From Candidatus Acidiferrum sp. (GTDB lineage Bacteria > Bacillota > Clostridia > Oscillospirales > Feifaniaceae): DNA of 64,000 nucleotides. Under the pieces are notes generated by a model. That model worked only from the letters and a program-made list of their open reading frames with translations. It searched no databases and was not told the DNA's origin. Below are positions 45,813-54,837 of the stretch, one piece after another. Position 1 is the stretch's first letter, and every line of letters starts with the position of its first letter. Position numbers and translations under genes: made by a program. Location of the stretch: assembly GCA_035560415.1 (NCBI GenBank), contig DATMZG010000117.1, positions 4,887 through 68,886 on the forward strand, given 5' to 3'.

Positions 45813-47933
45813 ATGTTCGAAAACTTTAAGGTCTTTGAGACCACGCTTGCGGGCAGGCCAATGAAAGTCGAAGTCGGCAAAATGGCGGGCCTCGCAAACG
45901 GCTCCTGCCTCGTGCGGTACGGCGACACGGCAGTGCTCTGCACGGCCACCATGTCGGAGAAGCCGCGGGACGGGATTGATTTTTTTCCGCTTTCAGTGGA
46001 TTTTGAAGAAAAGCTCTACGCCGCCGGCAAAATTCCCGGCTCTTTCATGAAGCGCGAAGGCCGTCCCTCCGAGAAGGCCATTCTGGCCTCCCGTGTCATC
46101 GACCGGCCCATGCGCCCCCTCTTCCCCAAGGACATGCGCAACGACGTCTGCATCGTCTGCACCGTGCTCTCGTCCGACCAGGACTTTCTGCCGGAGATCG
46201 TCGCCATGAACGGCGCCTCCATTGCGGTGGCCATCTCCGATATCCCGTGGAACGGGCCCATTGCCGCCATGTCGGTCGGGCTTGTGGACGGTGAGATTGT
46301 CATGAACCCCACTGAGGAGCAGCGCAAGGTCAGCGACCTCGCGCTCACTGTCGCCTCCACCGGGGACAAGGTGGCCATGATTGAGGCCGGCGCAAACGAA
46401 GTCGACAACGCCCTCATGTACAAGGCCATCATGGCCGCCCATGACGAGAACGTCCAAATGGTGGGCTTCATCAATGACTTGCGCCAGAAGGTCGGGCTTC
46501 CCAAAGTGCCCTTTGAGTCCATGGCGCTTAAAAAGGACTTCCTTGAGGAGTATGAGCATTTCGCCTGGGATATGGTCAAGGACGCCCTCTTCACCGATGA
46601 CAAAAGAGTGCGCGACGAGCGGCTCATCGCGGTCGCCGCAAAGGCAAAGGCGCATTTCGGCGAGGAAGTGTCCGACGCCATGCTGGCCGACGCCATCTAC
46701 CAGACCCAGAAGCACGTCGTGCGCCGCTCCCTGCTCGATGACGGGGCGCGGGTCGACGGCCGCGGCCTCATGGACATGCGGCCGCTCAGTGCTGAAGTCG
46801 GACTTCTGCCCCGGGTCCACGGCTCCGGCATGTTCTCCCGCGGACAGACCCAGGTGCTGACGGCAGCGACTTTGGGCACCATGCGGGAGGCCCAGCTGCT
46901 CGACGGCATCGACGCCGACGAGTACAAGCGCTATATTCACCACTACAACTTCCCCTCCTATTCGGTGGGCGAGGCCAAACCCTCTAGGGGCGCCGGCCGG
47001 CGTGAAATCGGCCACGGCGCTCTGGCCGAGCGGGCACTGGCCCCCGTCATTCCGAGCGAGGAGGAGTTCCCCTATACGATTCGCCTCGTCTCCGAGGTGC
47101 TCTCCTCCAACGGCTCGACCTCGCAGGCCTCGGTCTGCGGCTCGACTTTGGCCCTCATGGACGCCGGCGTGCCCATCAAGGCGCCGGTGGCCGGCATCTC
47201 CTCGGGCCTTGTGACCGAGGGCGACCGGTGGATCACCTTTGTCGACATTCAGGGCATTGAGGACTTCTTCGGCGACATGGACTTCAAGGTGGCCGGCACC
47301 AAAAAGGGCATCACGGCCATTCAGATGGACCTGAAGATCGACGGGCTCACCGGCCCCATCATCTCCTCGGCCCTCGACATCACCTACAAGGCCCGCTGCA
47401 AAATTCTCGACGAGGTCATGCTGCCGGTCATTCCGGCGCCGCGCTCCGAGCTCTCACGGTACGCCCCAAAAATGATTCGCACCGTCATTGACGTCGACAA
47501 GATTCGCGAGGTCATTGGGCCCGGAGGCAAAGTCATTCAGAAAATCACGGCCGACACCGGCTGCAAAATCGACATTGAGGACGACGGCTCCATCTTCATC
47601 GCCGCGGTCGACGCCGAGGCCGGCGAGCGGGCGCTTCGGATGATTGAAGCCATCGCAAAGGACCCCGAGGTTGGCACCGTCTTCACCGGCAAAGTGACGC
47701 GGCTCATGACCTTCGGCGCCTTTGTCGAGTTCGCGCCCGGCAAGGAGGGGCTTGTCCACATCAGCAAGCTCGACCACAAGCGGGTTGAAAAGGTCGAGGA
47801 CGTCGTGCATGTCGGCGACGAGATCAAGGTCAAGGTCATTGAAATCGACGAAAAGGGCCGCATCAACCTCTCCCGCAAGGACGTGCTCCCGAGGCCCGAG
47901 CCGACTCCCGCCCCCGCGCCCAAGAAAGATTGA
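45813..47933 (+). CDS. pnp: polyribonucleotide nucleotidyltransferase (PNPase)
   Basis: 706 aa. Two RNase PH domains, KH ('IGPGGKVIQKI') and S1 ('GKVTRLMTFGAFVEF') domains. RBS AGGAGG. Confidence 0.97.
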   Translation: MFENFKVFETTLAGRPMKVEVGKMAGLANGSCLVRYGDTAVLCTATMSEKPRDGIDFFPLSVDFEEKLYAAGKIPGSFMKREGRPSEKAILASRVIDRPMRPLFPKDMRNDVCIVCTVLSSDQDFLPEIVAMNGASIAVAISDIPWNGPIAAMSVGLVDGEIVMNPTEEQRKVSDLALTVASTGDKVAMIEAGANEVDNALMYKAIMAAHDENVQMVGFINDLRQKVGLPKVPFESMALKKDFLEEYEHFAWDMVKDALFTDDKRVRDERLIAVAAKAKAHFGEEVSDAMLADAIYQTQKHVVRRSLLDDGARVDGRGLMDMRPLSAEVGLLPRVHGSGMFSRGQTQVLTAATLGTMREAQLLDGIDADEYKRYIHHYNFPSYSVGEAKPSRGAGRREIGHGALAERALAPVIPSEEEFPYTIRLVSEVLSSNGSTSQASVCGSTLALMDAGVPIKAPVAGISSGLVTEGDRWITFVDIQGIEDFFGDMDFKVAGTKKGITAIQMDLKIDGLTGPIISSALDITYKARCKILDEVMLPVIPAPRSELSRYAPKMIRTVIDVDKIREVIGPGGKVIQKITADTGCKIDIEDDGSIFIAAVDAEAGERALRMIEAIAKDPEVGTVFTGKVTRLMTFGAFVEFAPGKEGLVHISKLDHKRVEKVEDVVHVGDEIKVKVIEIDEKGRINLSRKDVLPRPEPTPAPAPKKD

Positions 47934-47979
47934 CAACCGGTCCCTGGGCCCGCAGACAAAAAAGTGACGGCTAAGCCCT

Positions 47980-48009
47980 GCCGCGGGACGGTGACGTCCC
48001 GCGGCTTTT
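47980..48009 (+). terminator. rho-independent terminator after pnp
   Basis: 'GCCGCGGGACG GTGA CGTCCCGCGGC TTTT'. Confidence 0.7.
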
Positions 48010-48030
48010 CTCTACACTTCGAATATCCCC

Positions 48031-48936
48031 ATGGAAAGGCAGGAACATATGAAACAACATTCGTGGACGGCGCTGTTTGCCCTGCTCGTCATGATGCAGC
48101 TCTATTCTCTCATAAAAATCGGCGCGCTCGAGCGCCAGCTTGAAAACCTGAACTACGAGGTGAGCTCTGTCGAGACCCACCTGAGCGGTCAACTCAGTGA
48201 CATTTATGAAAACGCGGAGCAAAAGCTTCAACAGCAGGCGAGCCTCATTCTCCGCGCCTCGGCACAGCTCGGGGAGCCGGATGCGGACACCCTCACGGTG
48301 CCCGTGACCTTCACGGTCGCGCCCAAGACCGTGACCGAGGATACGGCGGTCTCCCTTGATTTTGACGGCGAGACGCTGCCGCTTGAAAAATTTGGGCTTG
48401 AGTACCGCGCCACAAAGAATATTGAGATTTCTCAGAGCATTTCCCCGACAGTTGTCATTGAGACGGGCGGAGAAAAGCATGTGGAAGCGCACGCGGGGCT
48501 GGCGCTGGCAAACCTTCGGGAGGCGATATTCCCCGAGCTGTTTGCGCGCATTTCCGTACAGTCCTCCTACAGTTCGAATACGTATAAGCAAAGCGGAAGC
48601 CTTGAAATCGACTACAAACCGTCGCAGGCGAACATTGGATTTACCGACATCACATATGTTGTCAGGGTCGACGGCAATCCCGTCAAGGAAACGCCGGTCT
48701 TCACCGGGGGGAGCGGTTTGGGCGGAACTTTCAGACCTCATGTCGACGAGCAGTATTCGCTTGAGGACGGGCAGGTGCTCACGGGCCATGTGGTGGCGGT
48801 GGACAGCCTCGGGTTTATCCACGAATATCAGGTGCTGCATTTTACAGCCGGCGCCGACGCGCAGCGGGAGCCCTACTCCAAACTGGAGAAAATCACGGGA
48901 CCAAACGGGCAAATCATCTACCGGGATGACGAGTAA
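48031..48936 (+). CDS. hypothetical membrane-anchored protein
   Basis: 301 aa. N-terminal TM 'WTALFALLVMMQLYSLI', short coiled coil, beta-rich remainder. Alternative start ATG 48049. The equally long opposite ORF 47971..48912 is Arg-rich junk-like. Confidence 0.55.
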   Translation: MERQEHMKQHSWTALFALLVMMQLYSLIKIGALERQLENLNYEVSSVETHLSGQLSDIYENAEQKLQQQASLILRASAQLGEPDADTLTVPVTFTVAPKTVTEDTAVSLDFDGETLPLEKFGLEYRATKNIEISQSISPTVVIETGGEKHVEAHAGLALANLREAIFPELFARISVQSSYSSNTYKQSGSLEIDYKPSQANIGFTDITYVVRVDGNPVKETPVFTGGSGLGGTFRPHVDEQYSLEDGQVLTGHVVAVDSLGFIHEYQVLHFTAGADAQREPYSKLEKITGPNGQIIYRDDE

Positions 48937-49048
48937 AAAGATTGGGGTTTTCCCCGATGCGGCAAAATCGCCCCGCCGACTTCACGTCGGCGGGGCGGTC
49001 TTATTGTCGGCTGACACGCTGATTCCGAGTCTGTAAACGCTTTATTTC

Positions 49049-49534
49049 TTATCCGATTCCGCCGAACCTGACAATGCGGCTGACCATGTGGACCGGCTTG
49101 ATGCGGTAGACGGCCGTCATGGAAATTCTGGCTTCGATATAGTCCTGCTGCGCCTTGTGGGGCATTCCGGCGGCGAGGCTGATGGCCTTCAGTGCGGCGG
49201 CGGCGTTCTCCCCCCGGAGCAGCTCGGCGTCGCCGTAAGCCACGACGCTCTTGTGGGAGGGAATCGGCTGATTCAGGTTTTCGGCCGGCTCGAAAATGCA
49301 GACCGAGACCCTCGGGTTTTTGGCCAGCGACTCAAACCGCTCGCCTTTATTCGCGCTGTGGACGTAGAAGTAATCGCCGTCCCAGGCAAAGTTGACCGGC
49401 GCGCAGCCGGGGTAGCCGTTGACCGAAAAAAAGGACAGGGTACAGTAGGGCGTGCCGCACAGGAAGTCGGCCAGCTCTTCGGCCGACAGGTGCTGGTTGC
49501 CAAGCGGGGTGCCGCGCGGATTTCTGAATGCCAT
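49049..49534 (-). CDS. pyridoxamine 5'-phosphate oxidase-family (FMN-binding split-barrel) protein
   Basis: 161 aa. RBS AGGAGGAAG. Length and pattern ('CTLSFFSVNGYP...PVNFAWDGDYFYVHSA') are typical of PNPOx-like / nitroimidazole-reductase-like proteins. Confidence 0.7.
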   Translation of the reverse strand: MAFRNPRGTPLGNQHLSAEELADFLCGTPYCTLSFFSVNGYPGCAPVNFAWDGDYFYVHSANKGERFESLAKNPRVSVCIFEPAENLNQPIPSHKSVVAYGDAELLRGENAAAALKAISLAAGMPHKAQQDYIEARISMTAVYRIKPVHMVSRIVRFGGIG

Positions 49535-49581
49535 GGGGGTCTTCCTCCTGATGATGTGATTCCATGCCGATTGTCGGACAG

Positions 49582-50070
49582 TTAAGACGACGGGCTTTCC
49601 TCCGATGGCCCCGGCTCTCCCGTGACTTTATGCCAGAGCGCAAGATTTGCCCCCTCGAAGTCGCCGCGGCAGCCGGTGCAGGGCTGGCCCATCGAAGGGC
49701 ACTTGCCGCCGCAGCCGGCCTCGGTCACGGGGCCGCGGCAGGGGAGCCCCCGAAGCAAAAGGCAGTCGTTTTCGGCCGCCTTGCACTCGATGCAGACGGG
49801 ATAGGGCTTGCGGCGGGGGGTGAGCCCGTCGTTGATGCAGCGCAGCGTGTAGACAAGTTCGGGGTAAGAGACGGGGCAGCCCCGCACGGCGCAGGGGGCG
49901 TCGCCGCTCTCTACAGCGCACCGGCCGCACAAAATGGCGTTTGCCGGCAGTGCCGTCCCCTCGGGGACGCGGCCTGTGACAAGCGTCGCTTCCGGCAGGT
50001 CCGCGAGCAGCGCAAGGCGCAGCAACTCCTCCTCACACCGGCCGCAGGAGGCGCAGCTTTGAATTTTCAT
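49582..50070 (-). CDS. Cys-rich Fe-S protein resembling the [NiFe]-hydrogenase small/delta subunit (HydD / Oxidored_q6-like)
   Basis: 162 aa from ATG 50070 (ATGA overlap with the upstream gene). Many Cys: 'CASCGRC', 'CIECK', 'CGGKCPSMGQPCTGC'. Confidence 0.55.
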   Translation of the reverse strand: MKIQSCASCGRCEEELLRLALLADLPEATLVTGRVPEGTALPANAILCGRCAVESGDAPCAVRGCPVSYPELVYTLRCINDGLTPRRKPYPVCIECKAAENDCLLLRGLPCRGPVTEAGCGGKCPSMGQPCTGCRGDFEGANLALWHKVTGEPGPSEESPSS

Positions 50071-50774
50071 ATGAGCCCCTCCCTGTCCGAAATTGCGGCC
50101 CAGGTGAAGACCGGGCCGTCCTTGCAGACCCGCAGCCCCCCTGCCCGGCAGTGGCCGCACTTGCCGATGCCGCAGGACATGTTTCGCTCAAGCGAGACGA
50201 CAATGCGCTCCGGGGTCACCCCCTGCTCCGCGAGGGCCTTTACAACCGGCCGGTACATGCCCCCCGGCCCGCAGAGCATGCAGACGGCCCCGGCGGGCAG
50301 CTCGGTCTCGCGGATGAGGTCGGGCAAAAAGCCGCGGCCCTCGTCGTCGGTGCGGATTTTCGCGGCGAGTTCCGGGAAGACGAGCTCTCCCTTCGTCTTT
50401 GCGCCGAGCAATACGGTCCCCGGCCGGGACAAAATGGCGGGGCGCAGCGGCACGATGCCGATGCCTCCGGCGATGTAGACGGCGGGGCCGGCGGGAGCTA
50501 TGTCAAACGAGGTGCCAAAGGGCCCGCGCCAGCCTACGGGATTGCCGGGAACGAGGGCGTGGAGCCGGTGGGTCAGATGCCCCGTGTCGCGCACGCAGAC
50601 TTCGAGGTCTCCGGTCAGCGAAAAGGGGGCCTCGCCGCAGCCGGGGACTGTCAGCATGATGAACTGACCCGGCCGGAAGTCGATGTGGCCTTCGAGCGCA
50701 AATAGGGTCACGGAGGCGTTCTGGGCGGCCTTCTCTTTAATTTTTGTCATGGTGGGGAGGTAGGGGTTATTCAT
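50067..50774 (-). CDS. FAD/NAD(P)-binding oxidoreductase with a C-terminal [2Fe-2S] motif (AsrB / HydG / PyrK-like)
   Basis: 235 aa. 'FRPGQFIML', 'AGGIGIVPL', 'CGIGKCGHC'. Confidence 0.75.
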   Translation of the reverse strand: MNNPYLPTMTKIKEKAAQNASVTLFALEGHIDFRPGQFIMLTVPGCGEAPFSLTGDLEVCVRDTGHLTHRLHALVPGNPVGWRGPFGTSFDIAPAGPAVYIAGGIGIVPLRPAILSRPGTVLLGAKTKGELVFPELAAKIRTDDEGRGFLPDLIRETELPAGAVCMLCGPGGMYRPVVKALAEQGVTPERIVVSLERNMSCGIGKCGHCRAGGLRVCKDGPVFTWAAISDREGLI

Positions 50775-51525
50775 GGCTGGCCTCCTCGTAGAGGGCTTTC
50801 ATGGAGTTGCCGGCCGGGCAGTACCGCTCGCACCGGCCGCACCCGACACAGAGCCGGGCGCCCTCCTCATATTTGCGCCGCCACCGGTGGGCCATGCGGC
50901 TCTCTGGCGTCGGCTCTAAGAGGCGGCCCGGCGCAATGCGGGTGAAGTCGGTCAGGGTGCAGCCGTTCCAGCTGCGCACCCGGCGTCCGTCTTCTCCTTC
51001 CGAGACCGAAAAACAGCCGCAGGTGGGGCAGACCATAAAGCAGATGCCGCAGGAAAAGCAGTTGTCGCCGGCCTTGGCAAGTCCTTTTTCGGGCCGGTGC
51101 AATCCCGCCATCGCCGGGGCGACTTCGCCCACCGCGGCGCGGCTGTCGCCGACGAGCCCGCAAAAACAGTGTTCGTCGTAGGGCTTTTCACAGGGGACGA
51201 CCAGCAGCGTCGTGTTTTCGGACCGCTTTGCGACATAGGGGTCCGGGGTCTCCCGCAGCAGCTCGCCTGTCAGCAGCAGCGCCGCTCTGGCGTCGCAGGG
51301 GCGCACGCCGGCGATGACGGTGGGGCGGGCGAGGTAGTCGTCGGGCGGCACTTCCGGCTCCCCGGTCACGGGGTCGTACCGGAACAGGACTTCTTGGATG
51401 GGCAGCAGCAGCTTTTTTACGCCGAACATGGGCAGTCCGTCAAAGACGATGACCCGGTCGCCCGTGGCCTTTGCCGCCTCAATGTAAGGGGTGAGCTCCT
51501 CCGGCTTAATTTCAATGAGCTTCAC
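50767..51525 (-). CDS. 4Fe-4S protein, AsrA / sulfhydrogenase beta-like
   Basis: 252 aa from GTG 51525 (RBS GGGAGG; GTGA overlap with the upstream stop). 'CFSCGICFMVCPTCGCF' and 'CVGCGRCERYCP'. Confidence 0.7.
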   Translation of the reverse strand: MKLIEIKPEELTPYIEAAKATGDRVIVFDGLPMFGVKKLLLPIQEVLFRYDPVTGEPEVPPDDYLARPTVIAGVRPCDARAALLLTGELLRETPDPYVAKRSENTTLLVVPCEKPYDEHCFCGLVGDSRAAVGEVAPAMAGLHRPEKGLAKAGDNCFSCGICFMVCPTCGCFSVSEGEDGRRVRSWNGCTLTDFTRIAPGRLLEPTPESRMAHRWRRKYEEGARLCVGCGRCERYCPAGNSMKALYEEASHE

Positions 51526-51956
51526 AGGTCCACCTCCCGGACTTGCCGCCCGTCCGACAGGGTCAAGGCCCCCGTCGGGCAGGCGGCGACGCAAAAGGGC
51601 CCGCCCTCCCGGCCTTCGCACATGTCGCACTTGTGGGCGACCCCGTCAATCAAAACCGGCGCCCCGTATGGACAGGCGGCAACGCAGGCGCCGTTTCCCC
51701 TGCATTTGCTCTCGTCGAGGACGACACGGCCGTCTTCGGCGACCGAGTAGGCGTCGTTTTTGCAGGCGGCGACACATCTTGGATCCGGGCAGCTCTCGCA
51801 GGCCGAGGAGATGCGCATGCCGGACATTTTGAGATACCGCTCCTCGTTGACCGAGCGCACTTTCCGGTAGGAGATGCCGCCGTGCAGTTGCTTGCAGGCG
51901 ATGACGCAGGCCTTGCAGCCGACGCAGCGGTTCATGTCAAAGTGGAAAAAGCTCAC
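51522..51956 (-). CDS. 4Fe-4S dicluster electron-transfer subunit (DmsB-like)
   Basis: 144 aa. 'CVGCKACVIACK', 'CESCPDPRCVAACK', 'CRGNGACVAACP', 'CDMC....PFCVAACP'. Confidence 0.85.
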   Translation of the reverse strand: MSFFHFDMNRCVGCKACVIACKQLHGGISYRKVRSVNEERYLKMSGMRISSACESCPDPRCVAACKNDAYSVAEDGRVVLDESKCRGNGACVAACPYGAPVLIDGVAHKCDMCEGREGGPFCVAACPTGALTLSDGRQVREVDL

Positions 51957-53929
51957 TCTACCACCCTCTCAATCTCAACGGCGGCCGTGTGGAAAGAGGC
52001 CCCGCCGCCGATGTCGGTGACGATGGGGGCCATGAGTCGGTTGAGGTTCGGCAGGCCGCAGAAGACGCTGACGGCGCCCTCCAGGACCGTGTCGCCCACT
52101 TTGGCTTTGAGGGTCATCTCGCCGAGCTCGTTGTAAATTCGAACCGTGTCGCCGGTTTTGATGTGCAGGCGGGCGGCGTCGGCCCGGTTCATGTGCAGGG
52201 CGTCGTCCCCGGCGTCATCAAGCCAGCAGTTTTGCACAAACTGGGAGTTGATGCGGTTCAGGGGATGGGGCGTGAGAAGCTGAAAGCTGCCCTCCGGAAT
52301 GAGCGGGGGGACGTATTTGGGCAGCGCATCACACCCCCATTTGGCCGCGAGCCCCTCGCTTAAAAGCTCGATTTTCCCCGAGGGCGTGTCAAATTTGAGG
52401 TCCCCCCAGGCGACATCGCGGTAGCTTGTCAGCTTTGCGGGGGCCTTCTCCAAGTCCTCCAGCGTCAGCCCGTAAGGGGAGGCGGCAAGGCAGGCCCGCA
52501 GGATTTCAACGTCATCCTCCGGGAAATATTTCTCGTCAAACCCGAAACGGCGGGCCAGTTCCCGGAAAATGTCGGGCTCAGACCGGCAGCCCTCCGGCGG
52601 CTCCACAATTTTTTGCCGGTACTGGAGGTAGTTGTGCCCGTAAGTGTAAAAGAGGTCGGCCCGCTCCATGAACATGGCCACCGGCAGCACGACGTCGGCG
52701 AGTTTTGCCGTCTCGGTCATGAAGGCCTCGGGCACCACGACAAACTCCATGCCCTCAATGAACCGCTGCATGTCGTTTGCCCCGGGTGCGCTGACCATGG
52801 GATTGGCCCGCTCGACCCACAGCGCCCTGACGGGCGGGTCGAGCTTCGGAATGTCGAGCGGCACCGCCGCGACCGGCACGGTCTCCCGGATGTGCGCTTT
52901 GGGCTTTGGCGGGAAGAAGGGCCAGGCGGGCGGATTTTCCATGAAAGTGCTGGCGTGAAAGCCGGCCCCCCGCTTGCCGATGATGCCGCAGACGGCGGCG
53001 ACGGCGGCGACAGCCCGGCAGGTCTGCCCGCCGTTGGAGTACCGCTGCAGCCCCTTGCCCTGCACGAGGGCAAAGTCCGGCGTCTCGGCGATGAGGTCGC
53101 AGAGCTTTGAAAACTCCTTCAGCCGCACGCCGGTCTCCCGGACGACCGAGCCGATGGTCACGGTCTCGAGGTACTCCTTGTACTCGGGAAAGCCGTGGAC
53201 GTATTTGTCAATGAACTCGTAGTCCGCAAGCTCCTTGGCCAAAATGAACTTGATGAGCCCCGCGGCCAGCAGGCCGTCGGTGCCGCCCTTCGGAGTGATG
53301 TGCATGGTCGCCCGGTCCGACGACTCGCTCACGCGCGGGTCGATGACCACGAGCTTTGCGCCTTTGTCCAAGGCGTCGTGGATGTAGCGCATCGACTGCA
53401 CATTGGTGTGCACGGGGTTTTTGCCCCACAGGATGATGAGCTTGGCGTCGGCCAGTTCGGCGATGGAGCCGTAGTCGCTCGAGCCGAACATGTCGTTGAT
53501 GGCGGTCTCCTGCGCGGCGTCGCAGAGCCCGCCGGTGCGCCCGGTGTAGCCCCCAAAACAGTACCAGAAGTTCATGCCGAGGTTGGCGGTGCTGCCGCCG
53601 AGGTTTCCCGAGCCCTTGTAGAGCATGACGGTCTCGGGCCCGTACTTGTCCCGCAGCTCGGTGAGCTTTCTCACGATGAGGGCCATGGCCTCTTCCCAGG
53701 AGGCCGGCGTCAGCACGCCGCCTTTGCGGATGTAGGGGGTTTTGAGCCGCTCGGGGCTGTTTAACAGCTGCGGATAGGACAGCCCCTTGAGGCAAATTTT
53801 CTGCTGCGCCTCGGGGAAATAGGCGCTGCCCCGCACTTCCACAATGCGGCCGTCCTCGACGTCGACGTCGATGGGGCAGCCGCTGTAGCAGTTCATGGTG
53901 CAGGCCGTGCGAAGTGTCGTCCTCGACAT
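51953..53929 (-). CDS. molybdopterin (bis-MGD) oxidoreductase catalytic subunit, DmsA-like, no Tat signal
   Basis: 658 aa. N-terminal FS0 motif 'ACTMNCYSGCP....DG.IVEV.G'. Molybdopterin-oxidoreductase length and pattern. Starts MSRTTLRTAC, so no twin-arginine leader. Confidence 0.88.
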   Translation of the reverse strand: MSRTTLRTACTMNCYSGCPIDVDVEDGRIVEVRGSAYFPEAQQKICLKGLSYPQLLNSPERLKTPYIRKGGVLTPASWEEAMALIVRKLTELRDKYGPETVMLYKGSGNLGGSTANLGMNFWYCFGGYTGRTGGLCDAAQETAINDMFGSSDYGSIAELADAKLIILWGKNPVHTNVQSMRYIHDALDKGAKLVVIDPRVSESSDRATMHITPKGGTDGLLAAGLIKFILAKELADYEFIDKYVHGFPEYKEYLETVTIGSVVRETGVRLKEFSKLCDLIAETPDFALVQGKGLQRYSNGGQTCRAVAAVAAVCGIIGKRGAGFHASTFMENPPAWPFFPPKPKAHIRETVPVAAVPLDIPKLDPPVRALWVERANPMVSAPGANDMQRFIEGMEFVVVPEAFMTETAKLADVVLPVAMFMERADLFYTYGHNYLQYRQKIVEPPEGCRSEPDIFRELARRFGFDEKYFPEDDVEILRACLAASPYGLTLEDLEKAPAKLTSYRDVAWGDLKFDTPSGKIELLSEGLAAKWGCDALPKYVPPLIPEGSFQLLTPHPLNRINSQFVQNCWLDDAGDDALHMNRADAARLHIKTGDTVRIYNELGEMTLKAKVGDTVLEGAVSVFCGLPNLNRLMAPIVTDIGGGASFHTAAVEIERVVE

Positions 53930-53938
53930 CGTAATCTC

Positions 53939-54745
53939 CTAACCGATGAGCTTCATCGCTTCCATCAAAATCATTTCGGGGTCGCGGTAGCCCTCGGAGC
54001 AGAGCTCCAGGGTGACCCAGCCGTCATACCCCTTTTGCCGCAAAAGGTCAAGCAGCACCGGAATGTTGAGCATGCCGTCCCGCAGCCGCAGGTGGGCGGG
54101 CGATTTGCCGTCCGAGTTGCACAGGTGGACGTAGGACAGCTTGTCTTTTAGCCTGTCAAAGTAGTTTTGCATCGGCTCGCAGGCGACGGTCGGGGGCACG
54201 ACGTCGAGCATGCCGTCGACATTGGGCCGGCCCACGCTGGCCAGCATCTCGGCGCAGTCGTCGGCCGTCGTGATGACGGGGCTCTCGACCGGCAGCACCG
54301 GCTCAAGGGTCAGCGTGACGCCCAAGGGCGCCGCGAAGTCGGCAAGCTCTCTCATATTTTCGGCAAAGACCTGCCGAACATGCGCCATCGGCGTGAAGTT
54401 GCCGGGGTGGTCGGCCGTGATCAGCACCCGCGGGATTTCCATGGCCGCGGCCGCCTCAACTGAGCGGCGGAATACGGCCATCGACTCGGCCTGGCCGTTT
54501 GCCGTCTCGTCGACAAGCGAATAGGGCCCGCCCAAGGTCGCCGGTGTGTACATCGGAATTTCGATGCCGTATGTCTTTTTCAAAGACAGCACCCGCCCTG
54601 CAAACCGGGCGTCGACATCGGTCGGCCAGGCGTGGGGCCGTCCGCCCCACAGTTCAATGCCGTCAAGCCCGTGCCGGGACGCGGCGGCAAAACAGTCCTC
54701 GAGGCGGTGGCGCTTGAAGTCGAGTGTGATAAAGGCGAATTTCAT
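53939..54745 (-). CDS. sugar-phosphate isomerase/epimerase (xylose-isomerase-like TIM barrel)
   Basis: 268 aa from ATG 54745. 'GLDGIELWG', 'LTLEP', 'YVHLCNSDG'. Its stop overlaps the RBS of the Mo subunit. Confidence 0.78.
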   Translation of the reverse strand: MKFAFITLDFKRHRLEDCFAAASRHGLDGIELWGGRPHAWPTDVDARFAGRVLSLKKTYGIEIPMYTPATLGGPYSLVDETANGQAESMAVFRRSVEAAAAMEIPRVLITADHPGNFTPMAHVRQVFAENMRELADFAAPLGVTLTLEPVLPVESPVITTADDCAEMLASVGRPNVDGMLDVVPPTVACEPMQNYFDRLKDKLSYVHLCNSDGKSPAHLRLRDGMLNIPVLLDLLRQKGYDGWVTLELCSEGYRDPEMILMEAMKLIG

Positions 54746-54776
54746 ATCGGCACCTCGGCAAAAAAAATTTGTCGAA

Positions 54777-54813
54777 TTCAAAATCCGCGGCCGCAAATAT
54801 CGTGTGGCCGCGG
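54777..54813 (-). terminator. rho-independent terminator after the XRE-S24 repressor gene
   Basis: The minus strand reads 'CCGCGGCC ACACGATATTTGC GGCCGCGG ATTTTG'. Confidence 0.6.
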
Positions 54814-54837
54814 CAGGGTTATATTCTATTTTGTATT

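Noticed and set aside
45993-47015. 340-aa minus-strand ORF opposite pnp
   Set aside because: Antisense to PNPase.
47971-48912. 313-aa minus-strand ORF mirroring 48031..48936
   Set aside because: Arg-rich, no TM or motif logic. Its start lies inside the next gene's terminator region. The + strand product has a TM helix, a coiled coil and balanced composition, so I kept the + gene, though at only moderate confidence.
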